DNA from: Elainellaceae cyanobacterium
Lineage (GTDB): Bacteria; Cyanobacteriota; Cyanobacteriia; CAZCXK01
Reading direction: 5' to 3'
Assembly (NCBI GenBank): GCA_051117555.1
Contig: JBNPEG010000053.1
Location: 1-22,355 of the forward strand
DNA: 22,355 nt
Within the stretch, counting starts at the first letter, position 1. The number at the start of each line of letters is the position of its first letter. A model generated the notes under the pieces. That model saw nothing but the letters and a program-made list of their open reading frames with translations, did no database searches and was not told where the DNA came from. Position numbers and translations under genes: made by a program. Positions 8,163-17,920 of this stretch are shown one piece after another.

Positions 8163-9053
8163 ATGGCTCACATTCTATTAGTTGGTGCTCAGGGGCAAGT
8201 GGGGCAAGAGCTTCAGGATACGTTGACGGCTATTGGCAACGTTGTTTCAATGAATCGATCGCAGCTTGATCTGACACATACCGACTCCATTCGAGCCGTC
8301 ATCCGCGACGTTGTTCCCGATATTATTGTCAATGCTGCCGCGTATACAGCGGTTGATGCTGCAGAAACAGACGTTGATTTAGCCAAAGCCGTTAATGCGA
8401 TCGCCCCCACCATCATGGCAGAAGAAGCGCAGAAGGCTAAAGCACTCCTGGTGCATTTCTCGACCGATTATGTGTTTGACGGTCAGAAAAACACGCCCTA
8501 CACCGAGGATGATCCGCCAAATCCATTAGGCGTATATGGCGAAACAAAGCTGCTGGGTGAAGACGGAATCCGGCGAATGTGCGATCGCCATTTGATTCTC
8601 CGCACCGCGTGGGTCTATGGCGCGAAGGGGAAAGGCAACTTTGTGAAAACCATGCTTCGACTTGGGGCAGAGCGAGAGGATCTTCGGGTCGTCTTTGATC
8701 AAGTTGGCACCCCAACCTGGGCACGCGATATTGCAAATACAGCGGCGTGGCTCATCCCTCTAGAGCGACGAGGGGATGCTCGTCCGGGCGTTTACCACGT
8801 TACAAATAGCGGTGTAACCAGTTGGTATGACTTTGCCGTCTCTATCTTTGAAGAAGCCAGGCAATTGGGGATGCCACTCACGGTCAATCACGTCACTCCT
8901 ATCACGACCGCAGACTATCCGATGCCTGCTCAACGCCCAATGTACTCGATTCTGTCTAATCAAAAAATTTCGACCGTTTTGGGAACGACTTTACCGCATT
9001 GGCGACATAGTCTTAGAGACATGCTACGAGAACTTGTCCGAGTTACTTCTTAG
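8163..9053 (+). CDS. rfbD: dTDP-4-dehydrorhamnose reductase
   Basis: GAQGQVG Rossmann motif, NAAAYTAVDAAE, STDYVFDG, YGETK (YxxxK), DQVGTPT. Confidence 0.95.
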   Translation: MAHILLVGAQGQVGQELQDTLTAIGNVVSMNRSQLDLTHTDSIRAVIRDVVPDIIVNAAAYTAVDAAETDVDLAKAVNAIAPTIMAEEAQKAKALLVHFSTDYVFDGQKNTPYTEDDPPNPLGVYGETKLLGEDGIRRMCDRHLILRTAWVYGAKGKGNFVKTMLRLGAEREDLRVVFDQVGTPTWARDIANTAAWLIPLERRGDARPGVYHVTNSGVTSWYDFAVSIFEEARQLGMPLTVNHVTPITTADYPMPAQRPMYSILSNQKISTVLGTTLPHWRHSLRDMLRELVRVTS

Positions 9054-9063
9054 GTCTAACGCG

Positions 9064-10137
9064 ATGAAAGCACTGATTCTTTCAGGCGGTAAGGGCACTC
9101 GTCTTCGACCGCTCACCTACACAGGCGCTAAGCAATTGGTGCCGATCGCCAACAAGCCCATTCTGTGGTACGGGATTGAATCCATTGTTGCGGCAGGCAT
9201 TACAGAAATTGGGATCATTATCAGCCCTGAGACGGGCGAAGAAGTAAAGGTGCTAACGGGCAAAGGCGATCGCTTTGGCGCACACATCACCTATATTCTG
9301 CAAGACGAACCCGCAGGCTTAGCCCACGCTGTCAAGATTGCCCAGACGTTTCTTGGCGATGCTCCCTTTGTGATGTATTTGGGAGACAACGTCATTGAAG
9401 GAGATTTGAAAGCCTTCTGCGCCCACTTCAAGGATCGGCAGTTGGACGCGCTGACGTTGCTCTGTCAAGTCCCAAATCCAACGGCGTTTGGAGTCGCAGA
9501 AGTCAATGAACGCGGTCAAATTTTGCGGTTAGTTGAAAAGCCAAAAGTACCTCCGTCTGACCTCGCATTAGTGGGCGTGTATTTGTTTTCGTCAGCCATT
9601 CATCGGGCGATCGCCCAAATCCAACCATCGGCTCGGGGAGAACTTGAAATTACCGATGCCATTCAAAACCTGATTGCATATCAGCAACCCGTCGAAGCTT
9701 TGCAGTTGAAAGGGTGGTGGCTCGATACTGGCAAAAAAGATGACCTGCTTGAAGCCAATCGCGTAATTTTGGATAGCTGCCTGGTGACGAGCCAAAAGGG
9801 TCACGTGGATGCAACGAGTAAAGTGATTGGGCGCGTCCAAATTGGCAAAGGGTCGACCATCATCAATTCCACCATTCGAGGCCCCGTTGTGATTGGCGAA
9901 AACTGCTATATTGAGGATTGTTTCATCGGGCCGTATAGCAGTATTGCCAATAATGTGACGCTAGCTCATGCTGATTTAGAACACAGCGTACTTATGGAGG
10001 GTGCCCAAATCAAAGATGTCCATCACCGCATTGTAGACAGCCTGATTGGGCGACGCGCCAAGATTACGGAAGCGCCCAAGCGTCCGAAAGCGCTGCGCTT
10101 TATGGTGAGTGATGATTCTCAAGTCGAGTTGATTTAG
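9064..10137 (+). CDS. rfbA: Glucose-1-phosphate thymidylyltransferase, long form with C-terminal left-handed beta-helix, 357 aa
   Basis: MKALILSGGKGTRLRPLT, KQLVPIANKP, PSARGELEITDA, WWLDTG. True start ATG 9064; the ORF-track extension overlaps rfbD. Confidence 0.95.
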   Translation: MKALILSGGKGTRLRPLTYTGAKQLVPIANKPILWYGIESIVAAGITEIGIIISPETGEEVKVLTGKGDRFGAHITYILQDEPAGLAHAVKIAQTFLGDAPFVMYLGDNVIEGDLKAFCAHFKDRQLDALTLLCQVPNPTAFGVAEVNERGQILRLVEKPKVPPSDLALVGVYLFSSAIHRAIAQIQPSARGELEITDAIQNLIAYQQPVEALQLKGWWLDTGKKDDLLEANRVILDSCLVTSQKGHVDATSKVIGRVQIGKGSTIINSTIRGPVVIGENCYIEDCFIGPYSSIANNVTLAHADLEHSVLMEGAQIKDVHHRIVDSLIGRRAKITEAPKRPKALRFMVSDDSQVELI

Positions 10138-10138
10138 T

Positions 10139-11245
10139 ATGAGAAGTACTATGGTGAGCGATCAAAACGATGGATCTTTGGTTCGACAGCCTCGTAAACT
10201 TCTCGTTACCGGAGGAGCAGGCTTCATTGGATCGAATTTTGTTCATTACTGGTGTGAGCGCTATCCGGGCGATCGCGTCGTGGTGCTAGATGCATTAACC
10301 TATGCCGGAAATCGCCAAAACCTCGTCGACTTGGAAGACCGCGCTAACCTACGGTTTGTCCAGGGCGACATTTGCGATCGCCCCTTGGTTGATACCCTCC
10401 TCGCTGACGAAGCAATCGATACCGTTGCTCACTTTGCGGCTGAATCTCACGTCGATCGGTCAATTCTCGGCCCTGCGGCGTTTGTGCAAACCAATGTAGT
10501 CGGCACCTTTACCATCCTTGAAGCAGTTCGGCAGCATTGGCTGAGTCGAGGCAAACCGGGCGATCGCCTGCTGCACGTCTCGACTGATGAAGTATATGGT
10601 AGCCTGAGGGCAACCGATCCAGCGTTTTCAGAAACAACCCCCTATGCGCCCAACAGTCCCTATTCAGCATCCAAGGCAGGCAGCGACCATTTGGTGAGAG
10701 CCTACTATCACACCTACGGAATGCCGACGCTGATCACAAACTGCTCCAACAACTATGGCTCCTATCATTTCCCTGAAAAACTAATCCCCCTCATGTGTAT
10801 CAATATCCTGATAGGAAAACCGCTTCCCGTGTATGGAGATGGGCAAAATATTCGCGACTGGCTCTATGTCAACGATCATTGCAGTGCATTGGATGCGGTC
10901 ATTCATCGCGGCACTCCAGGAGAAAGCTACAACATCGGCGGCAATCATGAAGTCAAAAACCTTGATTTGGTGCACCTAATCTGTGACCTCATGGATGAGC
11001 TAGCCCCCACCTTACCTGTGAAACCTGCCAGGCAGCTAATTACCTTTGTGAAAGATCGTCCTGGGCACGATCGCCGCTATGCCATCGATGCGACCAAAAT
11101 CAAAACTGAACTAAACTGGGCTCCTACCGTCACCGTAGAAGAGGGGCTTCGTCAAACCATTCGTTGGTACTTGACGCATCAAGACTGGTGGCAGCCTCTG
11201 CTCTCTGAAGACTATCAGGCGTATTATCAAAAGGTATATGCATAA
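10139..11245 (+). CDS. rfbB: dTDP-glucose 4,6-dehydratase
   Basis: VTGGAGFIGSNF, HFAAESHVDRSI, STDEVYG, YSASK, DRPGHDRRYA. Start may instead be 10151. Confidence 0.96.
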   Translation: MRSTMVSDQNDGSLVRQPRKLLVTGGAGFIGSNFVHYWCERYPGDRVVVLDALTYAGNRQNLVDLEDRANLRFVQGDICDRPLVDTLLADEAIDTVAHFAAESHVDRSILGPAAFVQTNVVGTFTILEAVRQHWLSRGKPGDRLLHVSTDEVYGSLRATDPAFSETTPYAPNSPYSASKAGSDHLVRAYYHTYGMPTLITNCSNNYGSYHFPEKLIPLMCINILIGKPLPVYGDGQNIRDWLYVNDHCSALDAVIHRGTPGESYNIGGNHEVKNLDLVHLICDLMDELAPTLPVKPARQLITFVKDRPGHDRRYAIDATKIKTELNWAPTVTVEEGLRQTIRWYLTHQDWWQPLLSEDYQAYYQKVYA

Positions 11246-11315
11246 TCCAAATGGATAAATGATATAAAAACTTCGAGCCCCTGGATGGGGTGCATAGCAG
11301 TACTTGAGTCATATA

Positions 11316-14300
11316 CTAACCTGACTGCATACGCTCATCTCTTTGAGCAAGAGTCCATACTGCTTGAAACAACTGCTCTGGCTCAAGAGGCTTGGCAATA
11401 TGCTGCTGATAACCGCTCGCCATCGCTCGCTCATAATCATGGTCTCCCGCATAGGCTGTCAAGGCGATCGCCGGAGTCTGGCTGCCTTTCTCAGGGGGTA
11501 AGGCACGAATGAGCTGGATTAGAGTATAGCCATCAACATCGGGCATCCCAATGTCATTAATTAAGACATGAGGTTGAAACGATTCCAGCGCGTCTAGGAA
11601 TTCAACTGTCGACACCACCGTCAAGACGTCTGCACCATACTGGGTTAGCCATATCTTCAACAGGTCACGGGTATCGGGGTCATCATCGATGGTAAGGACG
11701 CGAATCCCGGTGAGATCAGAGTTTGATTGATTGGGCTCCTCTTTTAGGTTGATATCAGGGTCATCCTTGAGGAGAGGTAGACACACCGTAAACGTGGCTC
11801 CTAACCCTTCGCCGGGGCTATCAGCAGCGACAGTCCCCCCATGGGCTTCCGCTAAATATCGAACAATAGCTAGACCTAATCCTAGCCCTCCATGCTGGCG
11901 AGTAATGGACGCATCTTCCTGGCGGAAGGATTCAAAAATATGCGGAAGAAAATCTGGGGCGATACCTTTGCCCGTGTCTGTGACTGTAATTTGGGCTTGA
12001 TCACCCGCTTGTTCGAGCCGAATGACCACTTGCCCGCCATTCGGCGTAAACTTGATAGCATTCGATAGCAAGTTCCAGATAATTTGCTGGAGTCGAGTAT
12101 GATCGCCACGAACTTGCCCAATATCCAGTAAAACAAGGCGTATCGCAATAGATTTAGCGTCGGCTGCCATTTTAACGGTCTCGGTTGCCGCTTCGATCAC
12201 CTCGGCTAGATTAACCGGCACAGATTGGAGTCTGAACTTGCCACGCAGAATCTTGCTCACATCTAGCAAGTCGTCGATTAATTGAGTTTGCAGCCTGGCA
12301 TTTCGCTCAATGGTCGCCAGTGCCTTTGCCGTTACGGTTTTATCAAATTTGCGAGTTTGCAATAACTTCGACCAGCCTAAAATGGGGTTCAAAGGCGATC
12401 GCAACTCGTGGGATAGAATCGCCAAAAATTCATCTTTAATACGATTCGCTCGTTCGGCATCTTCTCGTACCGATTGCTCCCGCTCTAGCAGATGTTCGCG
12501 TTCGCGTTCAATTTCTTTAAGAGCGGTAATCTCAACAAAGCCTCCGATCGCCCCCCGTACAATCCCGATTGAATCATAGAGCGGGACAGCCTTGCCGTAG
12601 ATGTAGCGAACGGTGCCATCTGGGAACGCAAACTCGATCTCATCGATGACGTCTTGCTGGAGGCGGATCGCCTTTTGCATCGGCAAATCATGTGACAAAA
12701 CATCCTGTCCGTTTTTGCGTTGCCTAAACGGAAGCGGATTGTTGCCATCGATGGCCGTTGCTGTGGTGATTGAACCCGGTTCGAGGTTCATTAACTCGTA
12801 TGCCATGAGGTTAGCCGTCATTTGATGGCACTGAGGATCGTGGGCAATCCAGATAGCGGCTGGCGTCGCTTCCATCAAAGCAGCCAGTTCTTCGGCCTTA
12901 CTGGTGGCGATCGCTTCACTTTCCATCAGTTCGTGCTCAAACCGCTTGCGGTCGGTGATGTCGTTAATGACCCCAACTAATCGACACGGATGCCCGTCAG
13001 GTGTCAGAGTCACGTGTCCAGTGACTTCAATCCATCGCCACTGACCATCATGGCGGCGGCGAATGCGGCAAACCAAGTGTTGGAGCCTGCTCGACCAGAC
13101 TCCTTCCATTAAGGATCGCTCAAATGTGTCACGATCATCTGGGTGAATGGCCTGATCTAGAAACTGGGCTTTGTTGAGGGTTCCGTCTTCTACGCCATGC
13201 CCGAAGATGTCATACATTCGCTGATTTTCCCAGACGGCGTAGTCAGACTGGATATCCCAGTCAAATATTCCGAGTTGAGCCGCCTGTGTGGCAATGTCAA
13301 GTCGCTGTTCGCGATCGCGCAATGCTGCTTCAGCTCGTTTGCGCTCTGTAATATCTTGCACCATGCCAGTGAAGCGCTGAGGATTTCCGTATGCGTCAAA
13401 GTAGACTTGCCCCTTTGCCAAGATCCAGCGCTCGATGCCATCTTCAATGCCAATGGTGCGATAGTCAATGTCATAATGCCTTTCGTTGTCGGGCTTGAGG
13501 ATTGCTTGAATCACCTGTTCAACTCGGTTTCGATCCTCAGGGTGCAGCCCCGCAAAAAATGTCTCGATGGTGATGCTGGCGTTGGGAGACAGCCCAAACA
13601 TAGCTTTGCACCGCGCATCCCAAGTCAGTTGATTCGTCAAGAGGTCCCAATCCCAGGTACCGAGATGAGCTGACTCAACTGCCATACGGAGGCGATCTTC
13701 GCTTCGACGCAGAGATTTCTCTGTTTGTTTGCGATGGGTAATATCCTGAATCAACCAACGAATACTAGAGATGTTACCGTGGGTGTCGTAGATGGTAGAT
13801 CCCGTCACGGTAACCGGAATCACATACCCATCGGAGTGTTTTAAGCTCAGGTGCTCGGTTTGAAGCTGATGAGTTTCAGAGTGTTGGCGGAACTCATTCA
13901 GCAAATTTCTAAACGCTCGGCGGTCAGAGTCGGAGAGCAGAATGACTAAAGGTTTATCGATCAGATAGTGTTGACTAGAAGCAACTAACGCGGCGATCGC
14001 TCGGTTTGCCTCTTGAATCTTTCCATTTGCGTCGGTCACTACGTACCCGTGGGGAGCAAAGTTGAACAGCTTCTGATACCGTTGCCCTTCTATCTCGGCA
14101 GATCTACGAGCGTCTACCAGTTCCCGATTTTGTTGACGTAACTCTTCTTCGGTAACTTGAAGCTCTTCTAGAGTGTTTTGCAAAACGTCATTAACGTGCT
14201 CGAGTTGATTGGCTTGCTGCTTCACTTCGTCGTAGGCTCGTTTAAGTGCCTCGTCAGACTGGTTGCGATCGGTGCTATTCACGAAACCAACGGCAAAGCC

Positions 14301-14765
14301 CCCCCCAATCTGATCCGTCTCATTCCAAATCACGGTATAAGACCACGTGCTGTCAGGCCACGTATGAGCAGGCTCGATAGGAAAAGTACTCCGATCTGTT
14401 GCAACTAGCGGATGTTTATGCTGCAAAGGTTGCCCCGTTTTGAAGACCTGTTCCACCTCGTTCCAGTTCTCATTGATAGATTCACCCACCGGAGTGAGAT
14501 GGCTGGCGGGGTCAAACATGGAGGCGTAAGCATCGTTATAAAACAGAATGCGATCGCGCTCCCAAACAAGGAACATCGGGCTATCCGCATTTAGCAAGAT
14601 GCCAATCGTTGTCTTCAGACTAGGACACCATGTTTCGATGCCTCCTAAAGGCGTGTGTGCCCAATCGTGCGATCGCATCAACTCTGCCATCGCACTATTC
14701 CCCGCAAAAAGCTGTTCGATGGCTTGCTGCTGCCTCATACTCGGCCCTTTTACTCCATCTGACAC
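11316..14765 (-). CDS. Multi-PAS hybrid sensor histidine kinase (PAS domains - HisKA - HATPase - REC)
   Basis: H-box FLAILSHELRSPL, N-box NLLSNAIKFT, DTGKGI, GGLGLGL, receiver DDDPD...NDIGMP...KP, several PAS/PAC ends (DITHRK, DITERK, DITDRK). Start codon uncertain. Confidence 0.94.
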   Translation of the reverse strand: MSDGVKGPSMRQQQAIEQLFAGNSAMAELMRSHDWAHTPLGGIETWCPSLKTTIGILLNADSPMFLVWERDRILFYNDAYASMFDPASHLTPVGESINENWNEVEQVFKTGQPLQHKHPLVATDRSTFPIEPAHTWPDSTWSYTVIWNETDQIGGGFAVGFVNSTDRNQSDEALKRAYDEVKQQANQLEHVNDVLQNTLEELQVTEEELRQQNRELVDARRSAEIEGQRYQKLFNFAPHGYVVTDANGKIQEANRAIAALVASSQHYLIDKPLVILLSDSDRRAFRNLLNEFRQHSETHQLQTEHLSLKHSDGYVIPVTVTGSTIYDTHGNISSIRWLIQDITHRKQTEKSLRRSEDRLRMAVESAHLGTWDWDLLTNQLTWDARCKAMFGLSPNASITIETFFAGLHPEDRNRVEQVIQAILKPDNERHYDIDYRTIGIEDGIERWILAKGQVYFDAYGNPQRFTGMVQDITERKRAEAALRDREQRLDIATQAAQLGIFDWDIQSDYAVWENQRMYDIFGHGVEDGTLNKAQFLDQAIHPDDRDTFERSLMEGVWSSRLQHLVCRIRRRHDGQWRWIEVTGHVTLTPDGHPCRLVGVINDITDRKRFEHELMESEAIATSKAEELAALMEATPAAIWIAHDPQCHQMTANLMAYELMNLEPGSITTATAIDGNNPLPFRQRKNGQDVLSHDLPMQKAIRLQQDVIDEIEFAFPDGTVRYIYGKAVPLYDSIGIVRGAIGGFVEITALKEIEREREHLLEREQSVREDAERANRIKDEFLAILSHELRSPLNPILGWSKLLQTRKFDKTVTAKALATIERNARLQTQLIDDLLDVSKILRGKFRLQSVPVNLAEVIEAATETVKMAADAKSIAIRLVLLDIGQVRGDHTRLQQIIWNLLSNAIKFTPNGGQVVIRLEQAGDQAQITVTDTGKGIAPDFLPHIFESFRQEDASITRQHGGLGLGLAIVRYLAEAHGGTVAADSPGEGLGATFTVCLPLLKDDPDINLKEEPNQSNSDLTGIRVLTIDDDPDTRDLLKIWLTQYGADVLTVVSTVEFLDALESFQPHVLINDIGMPDVDGYTLIQLIRALPPEKGSQTPAIALTAYAGDHDYERAMASGYQQHIAKPLEPEQLFQAVWTLAQRDERMQSG

Positions 14766-15110
14766 GTGAGGACGAAAATACCCCTCACGAACTCGACCAG
14801 TTCGACGAGCTTAAATTTATCGTTATAAATCCGTAAGAAATGCTAGAGAGATGGCTCTTGATACTCCATTGAATCAATAGCCAATAAATAGATGTATGGA
14901 CTCTATCTTCCGAGAGAGTTCCTCCAGAGGGACGCCGTTATAAGACCTACGTAATTTTTAATAGTCTAGCTCACCCGCCCAATTGAAAGAGGATGCTGCT
15001 GATTCAAGTAAGACTTTTGTGCAAGCCATCTCAGCGAAGGACATCAATCATCCCGTTACAAAAAGTCAAAGTTAATGCCCAGCATAAGAAAATCTAATTT
15101 GCAATTTTGT

Positions 15111-15149
15111 TTAACAAAATGTTATATTTTTGTTACAGAAGTTTACAGA
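15111..15149 (+). promoter_or_regulatory. Tandem HLR1-like (RpaB-binding) direct repeats upstream of the psb34-like gene
   Basis: TTAACAAA-AT-GTTATATT (15111-15128) and GTTACAGA-AG-TTTACAGA (15132-15149) approximate two (G/T)TTACA(T/A)(T/A) octamers separated by 2 nt. Confidence 0.6.
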
Positions 15150-15158
15150 GATGTTTTT

Positions 15159-15503
15159 ATGTCTTACTCAGCTAACTCGGCGATCGATTTTGTGGCGATC
15201 GCCCGCGAACTCAGTACAAGCCAGGGACAACCCGTCAATTCTCGACAGCTCAAGGGCACCGAACTCGTTCCTACCGAAGCTCGTTCCCGAATGCAGCGAG
15301 AAGGTCGCGATTTTCTTCGCCGTCCTGCATTGAATGGCGCAACCGTCGACCAAGAGGGGTTAACCAATAACTATGCGGTGGAGCCCAATATGTACTATTC
15401 CGTCTTTCCGTCTCCAGAACAGGCTCGTCAATATGCGTTTCAAGGTGCAGCAGCAGCGCTGTTGATTGTGGGTTTGATTGTGACATCGGTCGCTGTGAGC
15501 TAA
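15159..15503 (+). CDS. psb34: Psb34/Ssl1498-family photosystem II assembly protein with N-terminal extension, 114 aa
   Basis: C-terminal TVDQEGLTNNYAVEPNMYYSVFPSPEQARQYAFQG followed by one TM helix ending VAVS is the family signature. ATG 15159 is preferred because the longer ORF runs through the promoter motifs. Confidence 0.8.
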   Translation: MSYSANSAIDFVAIARELSTSQGQPVNSRQLKGTELVPTEARSRMQREGRDFLRRPALNGATVDQEGLTNNYAVEPNMYYSVFPSPEQARQYAFQGAAAALLIVGLIVTSVAVS

Positions 15504-15572
15504 TGCGCTAGAAGCTAATGCATTAGAAGCTAATGCGCTAGAAGCTAATGCGCTAGAAGCTAATGCGCTAGA
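15498..15572. repeat. 15-bp tandem repeat x5 (AGCTAATGCGCTAGA) beginning at the last codon and stop of the psb34-like gene
   Basis: Units at 15498, 15513 (2 mismatches), 15528, 15543 and 15558. Confidence 0.93.
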
Positions 15573-15823
15573 AATTTGACGAGTGCTGGTCTGTATTCCC
15601 GGAATGATGCAGGTCAGCATCGCTAACGATTCAATTTGGAAAAATATCCGTTGAGAATAAATTCAAGCCCTACACCAGCAGAGTATTTGACGTGATGCCG
15701 AAAATCCTTGTTGAAAGAGGATACTAGAGGCATGGTGTCCCAAATGACGTGTAACTTAAGCACCGTTTCTTAGGGATTTCTTAATGAATCAGAGCGTCAG
15801 TTAGCCCAGATCTTTTTTCAAAG

Positions 15824-15959
15824 TGCTAAAATCGTTCTAGAGTATCGAATATCGGTTGCAGCATTTGTTTCTAGTATTAACGGGTTTTCGCGTTTTTCCA
15901 TTAACAGACATCTCTCCGAAATTTCACTCTCTACATTCCTTAAATTTTGGAGACAATCT
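15824..15959 (+). promoter_or_regulatory. rbp promoter and conserved 5'UTR boxes
   Basis: Extended -10 TGCTAAAAT (15824-15832), TTTGTTTCTAGT (15864-15875) and TCTCCGAA (15913-15920), the last complementary to the TTTGGAGA ribosome-binding region; these match boxes described for cold-inducible cyanobacterial rbp genes. Confidence 0.7.
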
Positions 15960-16262
15960 ATGTCAATTTACGTAGGCAATCTGTCCTATGACGTCACAGA
16001 AGCTGATCTAACGACTGTGTTCGCAGAGTATGGGTCAGTAAAGCGAGTTCAGCTTCCCACCGACCGCGAAACAGGTCGCATGCGCGGCTTTGGTTTCGTT
16101 GAGATGGGTGAAGATACCGAAGAGGCGGCTGCCATTGAAGCACTGGATGGTGCAGAGTGGATGGGGCGCGATTTGAAAGTCAACAAAGCAAAACCTCGTG
16201 AATCACGCGGTGGCTCATTTGGCGGTGGACGTCGGAATGGCAGTTTTTCTCGGGGTTACTAG
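15960..16262 (+). CDS. rbp: RRM RNA-binding protein with glycine-rich tail (RbpA family)
   Basis: RNP2 IYVGNL, RNP1 RGFGFVEM, LDGAEWMGRDLKVNKA, Gly/Arg-rich tail. Confidence 0.96.
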   Translation: MSIYVGNLSYDVTEADLTTVFAEYGSVKRVQLPTDRETGRMRGFGFVEMGEDTEEAAAIEALDGAEWMGRDLKVNKAKPRESRGGSFGGGRRNGSFSRGY

Positions 16263-16364
16263 TGGTCACTAACAGATAAAATCGCTTGTTTTCGGTTTCT
16301 AAGTCTGATTCTGATCAAGCATTAATCTGTAGATTCACTTTTTCTCGAATATTAAGCTCAGACG

Positions 16365-16396
16365 AAAAAGCTCAGGTGATGGTACCTGAGCTTTTT
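16365..16396. terminator. Bidirectional intrinsic terminator between rbp and the desaturase
   Basis: AAAAAGCTCAGGT-GATGGT-ACCTGAGCTTTTT between convergent genes. Confidence 0.85.
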
Positions 16397-16427
16397 GTAT
16401 CAGAAGTTTCTCTTGCTGACGCTGACG

Positions 16428-17567
16428 TTAGGGTGTTGTGTTTAACGTTCCCATTCGTCGCAACCACCGAAAATGTGACGTGACCCCTGCCCAGAAAGAT
16501 GGATGTTGGACATAGTTCACCCCAAATTCTTGACAGGTTGCCATGACCACCTTCGACATGAATGGATAGTTAACATGACATATTTTGGGAAATAGGTGAT
16601 GTTCAACCTGAAAATTGAGCCCACCGAGCAGCCAGGTCATGACCCGATTGTGTTTGGAAAAGTTTACCGTCGTCTCAACTTGATGGATCGCCCAAGCAGT
16701 GTCAATCTGTTTGGTATCGTGTTGAGGCACTATGAATGCGGCCTCTTCTACAGTATGGGCTAATTGAAACACAACGCTTAGAAAAAGCCCCAACACAAAC
16801 ATCGTCAAACAATAAAACGATAGTACAACCCAGAGTGAGTGAAACTGGAGGGGAATGCCGAACGCCAAAGTGAAGAAGAGTGCCTTTCCACCTAGAAAGA
16901 CGACCAAATCCCATCCGGTTGGGCGTGGATACCGACGTTCGCTAATTCGTCCGAGTAAGACATTGTGGAAATCATCATAAAAATGCCATCGGATGGCTAT
17001 CAGTCCGTACAATATCCAGAGGTAATAATGTTGCCACCGATGAAATGGAAAATGTTTTTGGTACGGAGTGAGCCGTCCAAAAATACCGATATCCAGATCA
17101 GTGTCATGCTTCGTGATATTGACATAGGTATGATGAAACACGATATGTTTCCAGTGCCAGTTGTAAGAACTCCCACCAATGAGATCCAGCGTCATCGACA
17201 TCAGCTTATTAATCCAAGCAGAATTTGAGTAAGCTTGATGCCCACCATCATGCTGAATGTTGAAGCCGATCTCTGCCATGCTAAGACCGAGCAGGATGCT
17301 CAACGGTATAGCCTGCCACCACGTCTGCGCACCAAATACCAATAACGTATATGTTGTTGCAAGAATAACGAGCAGAGCTACTGTCTTTACATACATTTGC
17401 GGACAATCCCGTTTCCGCCGTCCTGTGCTCTGAAATAACTCATCTACACGTCGTCGAAGCTCAATTTGAAAATCACTATTCTTGTCAAATTTCACCTTGC
17501 TGCTGTGCTTTATATCTGGCGTTGCCGATTGTTCAGGAATTGCGGAAATATCTTGTTTCTGTATCAT
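16428..17567 (-). CDS. Front-end (delta-6, DesD-like) fatty acid desaturase
   Basis: His boxes HDGGH, HIVFHH and QVEHH (the Gln-substituted third box typical of front-end desaturases); several TM segments. Confidence 0.88.
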   Translation of the reverse strand: MIQKQDISAIPEQSATPDIKHSSKVKFDKNSDFQIELRRRVDELFQSTGRRKRDCPQMYVKTVALLVILATTYTLLVFGAQTWWQAIPLSILLGLSMAEIGFNIQHDGGHQAYSNSAWINKLMSMTLDLIGGSSYNWHWKHIVFHHTYVNITKHDTDLDIGIFGRLTPYQKHFPFHRWQHYYLWILYGLIAIRWHFYDDFHNVLLGRISERRYPRPTGWDLVVFLGGKALFFTLAFGIPLQFHSLWVVLSFYCLTMFVLGLFLSVVFQLAHTVEEAAFIVPQHDTKQIDTAWAIHQVETTVNFSKHNRVMTWLLGGLNFQVEHHLFPKICHVNYPFMSKVVMATCQEFGVNYVQHPSFWAGVTSHFRWLRRMGTLNTTP

Positions 17568-17744
17568 GTTGATAGTTCTGTTAATCTATTCCTTTCTTAA
17601 GTTGGCACTAAAGTAGTATACTTTATACTTGATGGCATGATTACTGAAAGAAAAAATCGATCAGACGCGTCCGGTAATATTTGACATAATCCAAGCTTCA
17701 TATAGGCAAGTTTCGTATAAGGCGATACCTTAAAGCCTCATAAT

Positions 17745-17812
17745 GCCAGACTGAAATCGAATGAATAGTCGGCCTCCGCCGACTTTGTGGATTTAGGCGC
17801 GGCTTTAGCCAC
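17745..17812. repeat. Degenerate palindromic intergenic repeat with central hairpin
   Basis: AGTCGGC-CTCC-GCCGACT (17767-17784) followed by TTGTGGATTTAGGCGCGGCTTTAGCC; resembles a common cyanobacterial repeat and may double as a terminator. Confidence 0.35.
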
Positions 17813-17920
17813 CAGCATTTAGAGTTTTGTCCGTTGGAGACATCAATCTGGTGTTTAAGACTGTGGTGGATTCGGTGCTTGCACTATATGTAAGCTGCGC
17901 TAAGTTTTGACTATCATTAC

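Noticed and set aside
8827..9063. 79-aa N-terminal extension of RfbA in the ORF track
   Set aside because: Overlaps rfbD; the family N-terminus MKALIL starts at 9064.
15360..15620. 86-aa minus-strand ORF with ALASS repeats
   Set aside because: Translation of the 15-bp tandem repeat, antisense to the psb34-like gene.
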